Below, one piece after another: positions 42,538-56,756 of a stretch of 64,000 bases of DNA. Made by a program: the position numbers and the translations under genes. Every line of letters starts with the position of its first letter. Within the stretch, counting starts at the first letter, position 1. Under the pieces are notes generated by a model that ran no database searches, was not told the origin of the DNA, and saw only the letters and a program-made list of their open reading frames with translations. Source of the stretch: Eledone cirrhosa (taxonomy: Eukaryota); contig OZ024742.1 of the NCBI GenBank assembly GCA_964016885.1, forward strand, positions 216,814,001 to 216,878,000. Reading direction: 5' to 3'.

Positions 42538-43304
42538 TTCAACAACAAGCTATAAAAAAAATCACCAGATGTCACATTCAATTCATTCACTTTAAATAAT
42601 GTCCTTAACCGTTTAATTGAATCTAACATTCTGAATTCTATCGGAAATCAAAAGCTTTTAGAATTGAATGGGTTTTTTATACTTCTGTAGACAGTTGGTT
42701 AAATTCATATTTTCTCTCGACTTACGTATTCCCGGTTGAAATTTCTTCACACGAAATATTACTTCGATACAGTGAGAGCGAATTTCAATTCTAATTTACT
42801 TCGTACTAATAGAGCGCCTAAAAGCATCTAATGTGCTAGAAAACTGGCTTTTTAGATATTCTATTTTGTTTATTTTGGTTTGGTTTCTTTTTGTCTTAAT
42901 ACATAAAGGTTCTTTTCGAATCAAGAAATACCAAAATAGTTTAAATTTGTGAAAAAATTTCAAAGATTCGATTCAATTTGGTCGACGTGTCACAGCACAT
43001 TAAAATTCTCCAACGTTATTAATATACCTATACAATATTCGCAGATCCCATTTCAGTCGTCGTTTGGATCAATGCCGTGTGTTAATATACTGCCTATCAA
43101 TGAGTCAATTTGCTCCACATATGTCTATCACATTTCAAATTATCATTAAAATTCTCTTTTAGTTCAAGACATGTATATCTGTCTGTTAATATATAATACA
43201 TCTTTTTGCCAACAACGAAAATATAATTACTGAACATAAGACAAATTAAATATTCAACGTAAGAGATGTTCATTTACCAAGAGATTACATAACGGTTGCC
43301 AGTT

Positions 43305-43657
43305 TATCGTCCTTTTACGATATGAGTTCAAATCCCGCCTAGGTTGACTTTGCCTTTCATCCTTACGGGGTCGATAAAATAAAGTACCAGTAATGCACTG
43401 GTGAATTGCTGGCCTTGTGCCTAAAGTAGAAATAATTATTTTACCAACAAATGAGGGCGGTGGATTGGGAGTATCGGTAGAGGGTCGGACGCCATGCTTT
43501 CCAGCATAGTTACGTCCCTTTACGATCTGAGTTCAAATCCCGCCGAGGTTGACTTTGCCTTTCATCCTTACAGGGTCGATAAAATAAAGTGCCAGTAATG
43601 CACTGGGTAATTTCTGGCCTTGTGCCTAAAGTAGAAACAATTATTTTACCAACAAAT
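43305..43657 (+). mobile_element. Two tandem SINE family A copies; the second is full length with a TSD
   Basis: The second copy (about 43453-43640) is flanked by the direct repeat ttattttaccaacaaat. Confidence 0.88.
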
Positions 43658-44240
43658 TCACAGTACCTATATTCGTCAATATTAGCAATTCAACAGACAG
43701 ATTAAGGGGAAATTTACGAGCATATCACATAATAATAACAATTTCTTAGATTACTGAGTCACAATTTCGTGTCTATTGTATCAACTACAGTATGTTATTA
43801 GTAGCTATTTTACAAACTCCAAAGGCATAAAAGCAAAGTCAAATTAGAAGGAATTTGAAATCAGTCGCAAATGAATGTGAAACAAATATGACTCAATTTT
43901 TCCACTCAAATGTCATTTCGTAGATCATTTAATGTTTTATGACACTGTTACGAAGATATATTTTGAGAAAAAAATACATCTTGGTATCTATTTGGTAATC
44001 CGCAAAAATTGAAAAACAAAATAGAACAATTTCGTGGCAATTTCTTGTAAGGATTTGTTAAATAGTGTTATTTATTAAATATATCCCCAGTTTTCTTGAT
44101 ATTAACAATAAATATACACGTTAACAAACCTCAACAAGGTATGTATAAACAATAAATGTGGCTCTGAAAAATAAATTGGTTATATTGCCATACTTTATCG
44201 TTGTCATTAGATATGGGTTTCCTTTTTTCTCTCTTTGCAG

Positions 44241-44356
44241 GTATTTATTACTGCTTCAACATGGTGATTATCACTTTGTCTTCTTTCTTAAACGTCCTTG
44301 TCGTCAACATGGCCTTTTATGGACCCCGAGGGGAAGTGCCACAATTTCTCAAGACT
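44241..44356 (+). CDS. nAChR exon: M3 and start of the intracellular loop
   Basis: ctttgcag|GT ATT TAT...AAG ACT|gtaagt. 116 nt, phase 1/0. Encodes (G)IYYCFNMVIITLSSFLNVLVVNMAFYGPRGEVPQFLKT. Confidence 0.95.
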
Positions 44357-44534
44357 GTAAGTGTATATAAATATATATATATATATTTATTTATTTATTT
44401 ATTTATCTTATTTATTTATTTATTCATTATAAGTACAGATTAAAGTTTTAGCAAAGAATCTCTGTGTATATAGAGAGATATATAGACAGAGAGTGAGAGA
44501 GAGATAGAGAGAGATAGAGAGAAAGAGATAGAGC

Positions 44535-44614
<80 letters not shown>

Positions 44615-47129
44615 AAACAAGCAAACAAACAGACAAATAAACAAATATACATACATACGTAATATTTTTGAAACGATCATAAATCGTATAAGAGTCGCTG
44701 GTAAATTCGGTAATGTCTCGGGTTGTTGGGTGGTGAGTGAGGGTTTATATCATGCCTCTGATAAAGTGACATATCCCTCCAAATGATTGACTTGGGACAA
44801 AATACCTAAAAAGGCCTGCTGCTTGAAGAATTAACAAGAAATTGGTTTACACCATACTTGACATAATGAATCACGAAAGTTTAATTAACCAAATTAAACA
44901 TTTCGTCGTGAGACTAAAGTCTCTACCAAAATCATTAATTCTGGTTATAAAAAAAGCAGTTAGGCAGAACTCGTTGAAACACTATAATTGATTAATATTG
45001 CTTTATTTTGTGTGCTGTGCTTAATTTTTTTAAGTCGATTGAGTGGCGGAAACACACACTTTATACCTAACAGTATTTAATGTTAATTTTTTTCCTAATA
45101 CTGAGTTCAAATCCATCAGGGTTATAGCAACCATGTCTTGTTCGAGGACCTGTTGCTCATGTTGTAAGATATAGAACTGAAAACATCTACTTTTCATTTT
45201 AAAGATAATGTGATGTGTTTATAGAAGACTTAGTTGCTACATTGTATAGACTGAGTAACCATATAAAAGCTTTCTCACTTGCAATTCTTAAGTTCTTTTA
45301 TATAGATATTGGTATAATTTATTTCATTTACTTTTTCTTTCAGAAATCAATATTAAAACAACAAAAGTTAGAAATCGATATTTATTGCATACAGTCGATA
45401 TTTATTACATACACAAATGAATCTAATCCCATGTATTGTTATTATATATAGGATAAGTACGAGTGTGGGTAGGTCTGGCGTCAGTCAGAGAGACATGAAC
45501 ATAAACTAGAATAATGTTAATAATTACAATTAATAAATATCAATTGAATGATGATAAATCAATTAAATGACAATTTGTACAAAATTGTATATCAATTAAA
45601 TGATAACGTTTTTGCATGATGCAAAAGAAATGATTAATGTAATAAAAAATACGATAATCGCATTATTACATGACAAATATAAATACATTTCTATACACAT
45701 GCATATATGTATAGAAATATATAACTCAGAGATACTATCCCTATGAAAATAATATTTAAGTAAGTGTTGACATATCTAATTATAACATAAAATAATTATT
45801 AGATGAGGGGAGAAATATTAGTGAAAGACTAATATTTATATTTTGGTAGGGGTATCTTTTATATTAGTAATGCCATTATTTTATCAATACTTTTATATTA
45901 GTAATGCCATTATTTTATCAATAAAGGGTATTTTTCGCTGATGAACTCACAGTAAGACAAAGGCTTTTCCGGAGTCGTCTCCGATATTTACCTAAAATAA
46001 ATGTTTAATATAAATCATTGATTTACTCTTTTCTAATTATTTTCTTGGTACAATTTTTTGTGTATTAAATAGATTTACTCTGAGTTACCTATATGTTTGA
46101 AATTGCCGCAATTGATGTTTATCTTCAGAATCCGGGGTTAGGGAGTTGAAATTCCGGAAAATGAGGATTGGGGGTAGGGATTAGTGCAGGACATGGGAGT
46201 GTGACACAATACGACGAGTGAATCGGATCGATTTCGATTTCGATGAAGTGTGTATGCAATTATCTCGCTCTAGTGGTCAGGGGTATTATGGTAGAGGTAG
46301 GAAAAAAAACTACATATGTGAGTTTGAGGTTGGTAAGTATTGATAAATGACACCTTGCAAATCAGTCGAATGGTTTTATTTCGTATGTGTTCTAGGATGC
46401 TTAGATTTATAGAAGCAGAATCCTCTTAGATGTGGAAAAAATACTCTCTTGTGAATATTACCTGAGCTTTGTAAATAATCTGCAACTTTACGAAACTGGA
46501 ACTGCATTTAACATAGGAAATGTCTTTGTCAGACATTTCCTATCCTTGCGTGCTTGCACTAATTTACTTGTTAAGTTTCATGACAAATACTGTCTTTTTC
46601 GGTGATTCCGATTAATCTACTCAATGGAATGGAACACCTATAATGTTTTCTACATTGCACGTAGTAATATAATCAACTACAACTTTTTTTTTGCTATCAG
46701 ATACAGAACAACTATATAAGGTCAACATTTTTACTATCATGTAATATCAAAAGAATATGAGTGAATGTTCAATTCTATTAGAATCTTAAAAGAATTTCTA
46801 TGGCTTCTTTATTAGAACGAAAGAATCTCTTTTGAAATATGAACAAGAAACACGTTTGAAATTTTGAACACTTTCCTTCTGACTCATTTTAGGGGGAAAT
46901 ACATACAACCTGTTTATGTCCTATGCAACTGTTTCGATTCTTTTTATCAAGAGATAGGAATCCATCTGGTTGGTAAAACGTATCTCTTCTATTGTCTATA
47001 ATAAAACTGACGCATTATAGGGAAATGGTGGCAGTATATAGCAGAAAGGCCAAGCATTAATCTATTTTCCTTACAGCATTTAGATACCTCTAAATCACAG
47101 TCAGTGTTATTTTTCTTTGATTAACTCTA

Positions 47130-47274
47130 TGCCGCCATGCTTTTCAGCATAGAGTTACGGCCCTTTAGGGTCTAAGTTCAAATCCCGCCGAGGTTAACTT
47201 TGCCTTACGGGGTCGATAAAATAAAGCACCAGTAATTCACTGGGGCAATTGCTGGTTTCGTGCCAAAAGTAGAA

Positions 47275-47277
<3 letters not shown>
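47130..47277 (+). mobile_element. SINE family A copy
   Basis: B-box, partly deleted core, tail. Confidence 0.8.
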
Positions 47278-47311
<34 letters not shown>

Positions 47312-47423
47312 CAGTATTTTCCGTAGTGTTGTAATATAAATATTACACACAGTAGATGGACAGCTCACGTAGAGTTTACTCGACGGTTCCAGTTGTAGTT
47401 CCAAAAGTAATCCGGAGAAAAAT

Positions 47424-47605
47424 AGAAGGATTTAAATGGATACAGTTTAGTTAAAAGGATGAAATGACAGTTGATAATAACATTGAAATATTGAATGTTT
47501 GCATAACTAATACTTTGTAGATAGCAGCTGTTTTCAGGTTATGTAACTGTTATTGAAACACGTGTCAATAAATTCCTTTTAACTAAACTGTATCCATTTA
47601 AATCC

Positions 47606-47612
<7 letters not shown>
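47424..47612. repeat. About 36-bp inverted repeat with HHR 3' half (GAAACACGTGTC)
   Basis: tagaaggatttaaatggatacagtttagttaaaagga and its reverse complement before (TA)n. Confidence 0.75.
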
Positions 47613-47647
<35 letters not shown>

Positions 47648-47730
47648 TTAATAATCAATTTGAAGACTAAAATCCAAAGAGGGCTCGATAAGGATAAATA
47701 TATATCAAATATATAAGAACCGTAGAGCAA

Positions 47731-48864
47731 ATATTTATTAAAATAACAGATTAAAGTTTAAGCAAAGAATCGCTGCTTTCACCATTAAAGGGATCTTCTG
47801 AAACTAACAAAGTCAATCTGTGAACACAGAAGTGAATATTTCAAAAAAAACGTTGCAACCGGAGGAAGACAGGAAAACGATACTTTGGTTCGTGGAAACG
47901 TTCCCTGGCAAAGAACGGGATTATTTGGATCGGTGAAAAACAATTACACGCAAAGACGTTTATGGTATAAAAGAAGTCGTAGACTAATATTCTATTAGGT
48001 GGTTCATAGAGACGTTCTCTGGCAATGAACGGAAAAAACGAAGAAAATACGTCATATGTGGAGCGGGAAGAACAATTGCGCGCAAAGACAAAACCACGTA
48101 AATGATATAACTGAAGTCGTAGACAAGAATTCTAGCTAGGAAACCGAATGATTGTCGGCTTCAGAGATAAGAATAAAGTAAATAAAATACAGAGGTAATT
48201 GAAATTAAATAAATACATACACGCATCCATAAACGCACATACACAAGCATACGCGAAAACACTCACCATAGGTATACAAATACACGGACGTACACAAAAA
48301 AAAAGTGTTTTCGCGTATGCTTGTGTATGTACGTTTATGGATGCGTGTATGTATTTATTTAATTTCAATTACTTCTGTATTTTATTTACTTTATTCTTAA
48401 CTCTGAAGCCGAGAATCATTCGGTTTCCTAGTTAGAATTCTTGTCTACGACTTCAGTTATGTCATTTACGTGGTTTTGTCTTTGCGTGCAATTGTTCTCC
48501 CCGCTTCACATATGACGTATTTTCTTCGTGTTTTCCGTTCATTGCCAGAGAACGTCTCTATGAACCACCTAATAGAATATTAGTCTACGACTTCTTTTAT
48601 ACCATAAACGTGGTTTTGTCTTTGCGTGTAATTGTTTTTCACCGATCCAAATAATGACGTATTATATTCGTTTTTTCCCATTCTTTGCCGGGGAACGTTT
48701 CCACGAACCAAAGTATCGTCTTCCTGTCTTCCTCCGATTGCAACGTTTTTTTTAAATATTCACTTCTGCGTTCACAGATTTACTTTGTTAGTTTCATAAG
48801 ATCCCGTTAAGGGTGAAAGCAGCGATTCTTTGCTTAAACTTTAATCTGTTATTTTAATAAATAT
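47731..48864. repeat. 1.13-kb palindrome (arms about 530-560 bp, 40-bp spacer)
   Basis: 47731-48263 is the reverse complement of 48304-48864, with scattered substitutions and short indels. The mirrored ORFs 48132..48368(-) and 48199..48435(+) confirm it. Confidence 0.95.
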
Positions 48865-48884
48865 ATATATATATATATATATAT

Positions 48885-49218
<334 letters not shown>

Positions 49219-49469
49219 AATCGAAAATGCAACTGTAGTCTTATTTTAAAAAATATATATATATTTATTTGGTTCCTTTGCCGGTTTCGCAGTTCTTCTG
49301 CTTTTCAAAAGGAGAGTTGAGATGGAGGGTCTGTGGTTTTTTTCACATCTGGTTGGTCTTTGAATGTTACTTGTTTTATATGGAAAAAAGTGGCTCGAAA
49401 CGCCAGGTTTTCAGAGAAGTAATTAGATTGGTTGGTCAATAAGTATAATAAATTTCGCGCCAGTCGCAT

Positions 49470-52400
49470 TACAAAGTTCTTCCACAGACTGAGCAACTTT
49501 ATAGACATACTACTAAAACCAATTCTCAAACACATACCAAGCCTTGTAAGAGACGATCTGGACCTCTTAAACCACCTCCCCAAACATGTCAACAACGACA
49601 CTATTATTGTGTCTTTCGATATAGTGAATCTCTACACAACGATCCCACACCAATACGGACTAGAAACAATAGGATTCTGGCTAGAGAAATATCCCAATGA
49701 GATACCTGGCAGAATAGAAAAAAGCTTCATCAGCGAGGGATTAAAATTTATCTTACAGAACAACTTTTTTGATTTCGATGGCAGTACTTACAAGCAAATA
49801 TCGGGGACTACGAAGGGTACAAAAGCCGCTCCAACTTATACCAACTTAGTCATGGCATACTTAGAAGTCCAGATATATGAACAGTCCAAATCAAAATACG
49901 GATTGAACTTCCACAAATATTTATCAGAGAATTGGAAACGCTACTTGGATGATTGTCTCATTCTTTGGTCCCACACACTCGACCAACTGAATGATTTCAA
50001 AAACTTAATAAACGGCATCAATAACCACATCCAATTCACAATGGAATACAGCCAAGATCAACTCCCATTTCTGGACATCTTAATCTTAAAAAAAGACACA
50101 AATATTGAAACTGACATACACTACAAACCAACAGATTCCAAACAATACCTCCAACCATCCAAAACACACGAAGACGAACATTCCTTTTAACCTAGCAAGA
50201 AGAATTTGCACAATTGTCTCCAATTATGAAACGCGAAATAAAAGACTTCAAGAATTAAAGGAAATTCTACTCGAAAGACAGTACCCACCATTACTAATAA
50301 ATAATGGAATAGAAAGGGCTAAAGCAATTGGCATTGATGAATTACGAAAACAGAAACAAATTCAAGGTACGTCCAATATTGTATCATATAACTCAACACA
50401 CAACCCAAGAAATGCGGAAGCTTACAACACTATTCACAAGAACATCCCACTACTGAAACAAGACCCAAGAATGAAAAAACCCTTGAAACAAAATAATCAA
50501 AAGTAAAAGACAACCGAAATCACTGAAAACATTACTCACCAATGCCACAACCAACTGTCAAAAAATGTGGTCGCTCTAATTGTGGAACTTGCACTCACCT
50601 CATTGAAGGCAACACGTATACATTTAAATTAGGACAAAATTTTGCTGTAAAAAATTACTTCACTTGCTCATCAAAAAAATCTACTTTATGCCATTAAATG
50701 TAAAGGATGCAATGAAGATTATATAGGACAAACTAAACTCACCCTCAGAAACAGAATGACAGTTCATCGCCAACAATTACGAGATCCAGCCACGAGACAG
50801 ATACCACTAAGCGCATATCTAGACATATGTGCAAGTAATAAGACACCCAAATTCCAAGTCTTCCCATTTTACCTTTGCGCTGACAATACAACAGAACAAA
50901 TACGAATAAATAAGGAAAATATGTTTATTCAAAAATATAGACTAGCATTAAATATGGTTTAATATACATTATGTCAACACCATAACATGCTAACCATCCA
51001 AACAGACACATACACACACACATAACACCTTCTACTTTAGAAAATAAAAACCCGAACTAAATAAACCTTAACATACGTTTGCGCTGACAATACAACAGAA
51101 CAAATAAGAATAAGTAAGGAAAATATGTTCATTCAAAAATATTCCTACTAACGGAATCATTTTCCTACACACACACAATATATATATATTCTCTTCATCT
51201 TAACATGCTAACCATACTCCCACACACACATAACACCCATACACACACACATAACCCCCCCCCCCCCACACACACACACACACACACACACAACTCCCTC
51301 CCCCATTTCTACTAATAGAATCACTTTCCTACACACATATACACACACACAAAATATATATATTCTCTCCATCTTAACATACTTCCCCTCCCCCCACACA
51401 CATAACACCCATACACACACACACACAACTCCCTCCCCCATTTCTACTAATAGAATCATCTTCCTATACACACACACACACAAACACACAAATAAACATA
51501 CAAGTGTGAGTCTGTGTGTAAGTATTTTTTTATATATATGTGCGTATACATATATGTATGTGTATGCATATATATATATGTATGCGTGTGTATATATGTA
51601 TATGTGTGTGTATGTGTATGTTTATGTATACGTGTGTGCACGTCTACGTGTGCATATCCGTATGTGTGTATGTGTGTATGTGTATGTCTATATGTACAAC
51701 ACCATCTCCATTGACTCTCACCTCCCCTCTATCTTTGTTCTACGCCACCCCCACCGATACTCCCCCACTCTCTCTATATATATCTACACGCGCGCATGCA
51801 CATGCATGTGTGTATATATTCATGTAGATATAGGTATGTGTGGATCTATGTGGGCGCGTGTATGTGTGTGTATATAGGTGTGTACGTATGTATATATATC
51901 AGTATATATGCGCATGTGTATGTATATATATACAACGTATTTGTCAGACTAAGAGGGTCTAGGTATGTATCTCCCCATGGATGGACTCGACACCACCAAC
52001 ACCTCCACCACACCACCACAAACGCCACTACCATAAACAACAACACCACAACCACACCCCTCAGACGCCAACCCGTCTACCGGCAACCCACTACCTCCAC
52101 ACCACAACCCATCCCAGTCAGCGACCGTCACCACCATCTTATCATCACATCCACCCCCACATACACTACAGGCCAAAGCCAATCCGCCACCACCACACCC
52201 CAGCCCATCGCAGCCAGCGACCGTCTCCAACATCTTATCATCACATCCACCCCCATATACACTACAGACCAGTACATCCCTTTGATCGTTCCCACCAATC
52301 AAAGCAACTGATATTGTCAAAATCTTGTACTTCTGTCTTGAACTTCTGTCTTTACCACATAGCATGTATTTCATTTTTTATAGCATTTTAAAGGGTCCGT

Positions 52401-52630
52401 CGAGCTGCCGATCATTGAGTCGGGTAGGATCGATACAGATCGAACCTTGAGCTGATCAGTGACGAAACGCGCGTCACCTACCAATAAATGTAATGAAGGA
52501 GTAACCAATCGTCCTCGTTATCCTTTCAATATATTACACTCTGTATAGCTCTACACCTCATCACAGAAGTGAACCTAAACATCGAGTGCTCGCCCGGGTG
52601 AACCTGCAGTAACTCCAAGTTACACCCCCT
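49470..52630 (+). mobile_element. 5'-truncated Penelope-like retroelement (RT, GIY-YIG, 3' UTR and terminal repeat), frameshifted
   Basis: 'SFDIVNLYTTIP', 'YKQISGTTKGTKAAP', 'WKRYLDD', 'LPFLDI', 'HYKPTDS', Cys motif 'KCGRSNCGTC', 'YAIKCKGCNEDYIGQT', 'RMTVHRQ'. Several frameshifts. Confidence 0.92.
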
Positions 52631-52770
52631 TTCGCCGTATTTTTTGACTAAAGAAATTTTAGCCTGATAGTGGGGTATTGACGTACTCAGTACTCATCTT
52701 TTTCCATTTCTTGGAGAGTTCTAAACCCCACTATCAGGCTAAAATTTCTTTGGTCAAAATTGCGGCGAAA
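52630..52770. repeat. About 47-bp inverted repeat hairpin
   Basis: tttcgccgtattttttgactaaagaaattttagcctgatagtgggg versus ccccactatcaggctaaaatttctttggtcaaaattgcggcgaaa. Confidence 0.85.
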
Positions 52771-52832
52771 GCTATTCTATTTTCAAAACTCGCCCCCTGT
52801 TTGAAAACAAACTTGCTTGTTATATATATGTG

Positions 52833-52865
<33 letters not shown>

Positions 52866-53117
52866 ATTGTAAAGTAGGAGTATGTTACGTTAAACTCTGT
52901 AACACCACTAAATTACTTTACATATCTACTAATTAAAACAAAACAATTTATTTAATTAAGCTATCTAATTTCATAGTTAATATTTATCTGCTCAAATTCC
53001 ACTAAAGGACCAGTAAACTATTGGTTTATTTTCAATCAAATACATTCTTTCGTCTTACACAAAGGTTCCATTGTTCGTTTTCGCATAGACAAAAAACAAC
53101 TACCATTATTTCTAAAT

Positions 53118-53302
53118 GAGAGCGGCGAATTGGCAGTATCGGTAGAGGGTCGGACGCCATGCTTTGACGCATAGAGTTACGGCCCTTGCCATTCTGAGTT
53201 CAAATCCCGCCGAGGTTAACTTTGCCTTTCATCCTTACTTTGCCTTTCATCCCAGTAATGCACTGGGTAATTGCTGGCCTTGTGCCAATAGTAGAAACAA
53301 TT
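53118..53302 (+). mobile_element. SINE family A full-length copy with probable TSD
   Basis: Flanked by attatttcta(g)aatg. Internal duplication of ctttgcctttcatcc replaces part of the core. Confidence 0.85.
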
Positions 53303-54169
53303 ATTTCTAGAATGTTTACAGTTCTTTATATACTGTCTTCAAATCACACAGAAACAGACTTTGCTTTTCATCCTCCTGGGATCAATTAAATAATATACTT
53401 GTCAAGTATTGTAACTTATTCAATTCCCTCGCCTTTCCCCCTCCAAATCTGTGGTCCCACGATTCTTTTAGAATCTACTGGTCAAAAACTGTAAATCATG
53501 CAATTGTAAACAACCTCGAAAGTTTTTATAACTTAAAGCAGGCAGTGACCGTGACTATGATCACCACGAGGTGTTTATGACTAGTAAGATCGATGTGGCT
53601 GATGTCCAGCTGAAACAGCTGTAAGTTGATAAAATCTATAAAAATAGTGTGGCTGAATAGGAAGTAAATTTGTAAAAATTGGTTGTGAAGCCTGTGTAAA
53701 ATGTGATGAGATACGATATAGATGACAAGTTGATTGGTAACAAGTAAGGTCGAAATAGCATGCAATTAGAAATAGGTCAGAAGTAGATTAGCTATTTACG
53801 GATAGATGTTCACATTCCGAGCGAACTAACCAGTTCGAATATTTCGTATGATCATATGTTGATTGTAACGGCATATAATATAGAAAGTGTCATTCACAAG
53901 AATATTAAGACCGCCTTCGTAACTTGGTCGTCTTCTCCTCTACTTCATTCCAGTTCAGCAAATCAGCTCATGATGTGTCGGTTTTTGCTCCTAAAACTTC
54001 AAAGTGTCTCGGTCATCTAGTATGATTAATAATGGGTGAGCAGGTTAGAACACATTGAAGTGAAATGTGCATATGTGTGTGTGCGTGTGTCTGTGTGTAT
54101 AAATGTGCGTGGACGTATGTGTAAGGGATAGACGGTGGGGGTGAGAAAAGAGAAATGTAGAGTAATAGA

Positions 54170-54170
54170 G

Positions 54171-54220
<50 letters not shown>

Positions 54221-54308
54221 GAAAAAGAATGAAAGAAAGAAACACAGAAAGAAAAAAAGAAGGAAAGAAAGAAAGAAGGAAAGAAAGAAAGAAGGAAAGA
54301 AAGAAAGA
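54170..54308. repeat. (AAAG)n microsatellite
   Basis: Direct reading. Confidence 0.95.
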
Positions 54309-54997
54309 TAAACTAAGGCGAAGATGACAAAGATAGGCAGAAAAATGGGGAAAGGAGGAAACTTTCTTTCCATAAATAAATAAGTGGCGAGTGTGACCAA
54401 ATAATTCCAACTAAAATTAATGTCGCATTAAATCACAACAGCAGTTGATCATCATGCTCGTAAATGACAAAAATGAATTGTGTATCACTTCGTTAGATTT
54501 ACTTTATTCAATGTCTTGTTTATTCTGTTGTTCGAAGAAATATTGGTTTCTATCCATCAGAATATTTATAGGGATAAGGAAATATATTGGAATATTAATT
54601 AGATCATAAATATTTATGCGCAACACGGCTTATATTAGAATATCTGAGACAAATTTAACGTAACTATAGCTACAGTTTAAAATTATAAACCTCGCTGTGA
54701 AAACGTAAACAAATTTTAAAATATTTCATTATTCTCTTCATATACAAACAAATAGAAGGATTTTCTTTGCATGTTTCACAGGAAATTGATATTTCGTTAA
54801 AAGACAATTAATCATACCCCTTCCCTTACGAAGAATATTCATAGCATATCGCTTTTCACATAAAGCACAAAACAGGAGTTAACTGAAATGGCAAGTTTAA
54901 TTTTCATAACGTGCATTTGGTGGTGATGTAATTCATTAAGAACCCCTATCCCTCCACTCGTTATATTTTTCTTAAATTTTCTTAATGTACTTTTTTT

Positions 54998-55245
54998 TCA
55001 CCCACTTATTCCGGAGAGGGTCGTGGGGGGAAGAGTCCTCAAATACTCCTTTCAGTGAGTCATGTCAGAAGAAACTGTCTCCAATTGATCCGGCTGGATC
55101 CCCAGGAGTGACCAACCAATCTCATGGATGTTATCTAACCATCTTGCTCGAGGTCTATCCCTGGGTCTCCTGCCGGTTAGTTTTGCCCGTAAAATCTGTC
55201 CAGTGATTTTTTCCTGAGACATTCTAACCACACGCCCATAGTATT
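54998..55245 (-). mobile_element. LINE (RTE-like) 3' end
   Basis: Homologous to 18300-18590. Confidence 0.65.
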
Positions 55246-56000
55246 TTAATATACGTATTTAGTGTAAATATTATTTAATCAACTACCTTGCCAACGGATG
55301 CATATTATGCAAATTAGATTAGACATTAAGTTCTAGTTCGTATAAGATACAAATAACGATTTGTTATAATTACTCTCCTTGGGCGAACTAATAAGAAAAC
55401 TTGTCTCCTCGCGAACAACAAACAGGCAGTTAAATGGCAGAGTCACTATGGCGGAGAATAAAAGGTCTTTCGGTATTCGCTCCCGTCTTTCTGCATTCTG
55501 AATTCAAATCCTACCTTTTGAGGTCGATACAACAAATTGCCTATCCAGGATTGTAAATTGGCGGAATTTGTTAGAGCGTAGGAGTTGCCTTATGGCATTT
55601 GTTCCGACTTTTTGCAAATCCTATTGTCACATACTTGGTTGATAGACTTAATCCGTTGCCTTGTGCTCACCATCATCTGGCGATTTTAGCGAAGTCCACT
55701 CTGTTACAAGTTGACTTCTTTAAGGATTTGAACTCATTTACACAATTTTATCTTCCATTGAATCTAATGTGACTGGCATATTTCACATTTAGATTCCATG
55801 GAATAAAACATAATTACAGCAGCTAAAATCTGGTTTCCACTAAAGATTTTGTTATTTCTATTTGAACTTAGAGACGTAAACTACATACCGTAAGGTGTTC
55901 CGTGTGGTCCTGTTTCTTCCACTGGTTGAACTTCATATATATGTGTGTATGTGTATGTATTAATTTATATGAGCGTATGTATATATATATATACGAGTTG

Positions 56001-56360
56001 ATATATATAATAGTAAAAAAGAAAAAAGACAGTAGAAAATGCTAAAAGGATTTTCTCTCAGAATAACAGCAAAACATTTATTTACAAAATAGGAATTTCC
56101 GCATTATTCGTACTGGTTTCAGGTTATAGGCTTCTTTTTTCTATATATATATGTATGTAAAAAAAATGTTTTCCCATATTCTTATTGATATGCAATGTAA
56201 TTGCATTATACACTTCCATCGCATGAAGAAGTCTATAAGCTGAAACCGGTACGAATAATGCGGAAAATCCTATCTTGTAAATAAATGTTTTGCTGTTATT
56301 CTGAGAGAAAATCCCTTTAGCATTTCCTACTATTTTTTTTTATTTTTTACTATTATATAT
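56001..56360. mobile_element. PLE-type remnant with about 125-bp inverted repeats and a degenerate sense-strand HHR
   Basis: 56001-56126 versus 56226-56360 (reverse complement). tcg CATGAAGA ag..ct GAAAC cg GTA cga at about 56219-56254. Confidence 0.75.
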
Positions 56361-56756
56361 ATGTGTGTGTGTATGCGTGTGTGTTTGTGTGTGTGTGTGT
56401 GTGTAAGTGTGTGTAAGTGTGTGTAAGTGTGTGTGTGTGAAATGTGTGCTTCCCTATGAAAATGATTGTTGTAGTTAGGAAAAGTAGACAGAAGCACATC
56501 TGTCAACGTTTTTCCAATTTTCTTAACTTTTATTCTTAATAATTGACCATTATTATGTTTATTTGCACAGATTTCAAATTTTAAATTCTCGCAATAATTC
56601 TTAATTTAACCATGTGTGTGTGTGTGTGTGTGTTTATATGTAAATGTGTGTATGTATGTGTGTATGTGTGCATGTGTGTGTGTGTAAATGAAATGTTTAC
56701 ACCAAGTGAATTATAACTATGTTGATATAAATATTCTTTTCTTTTCTTTCTTGCAG

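Noticed and set aside
51796-52391. His/Thr/Pro-rich ORFs
   Set aside because: Low-complexity tandem repeats in the PLE 3' UTR.
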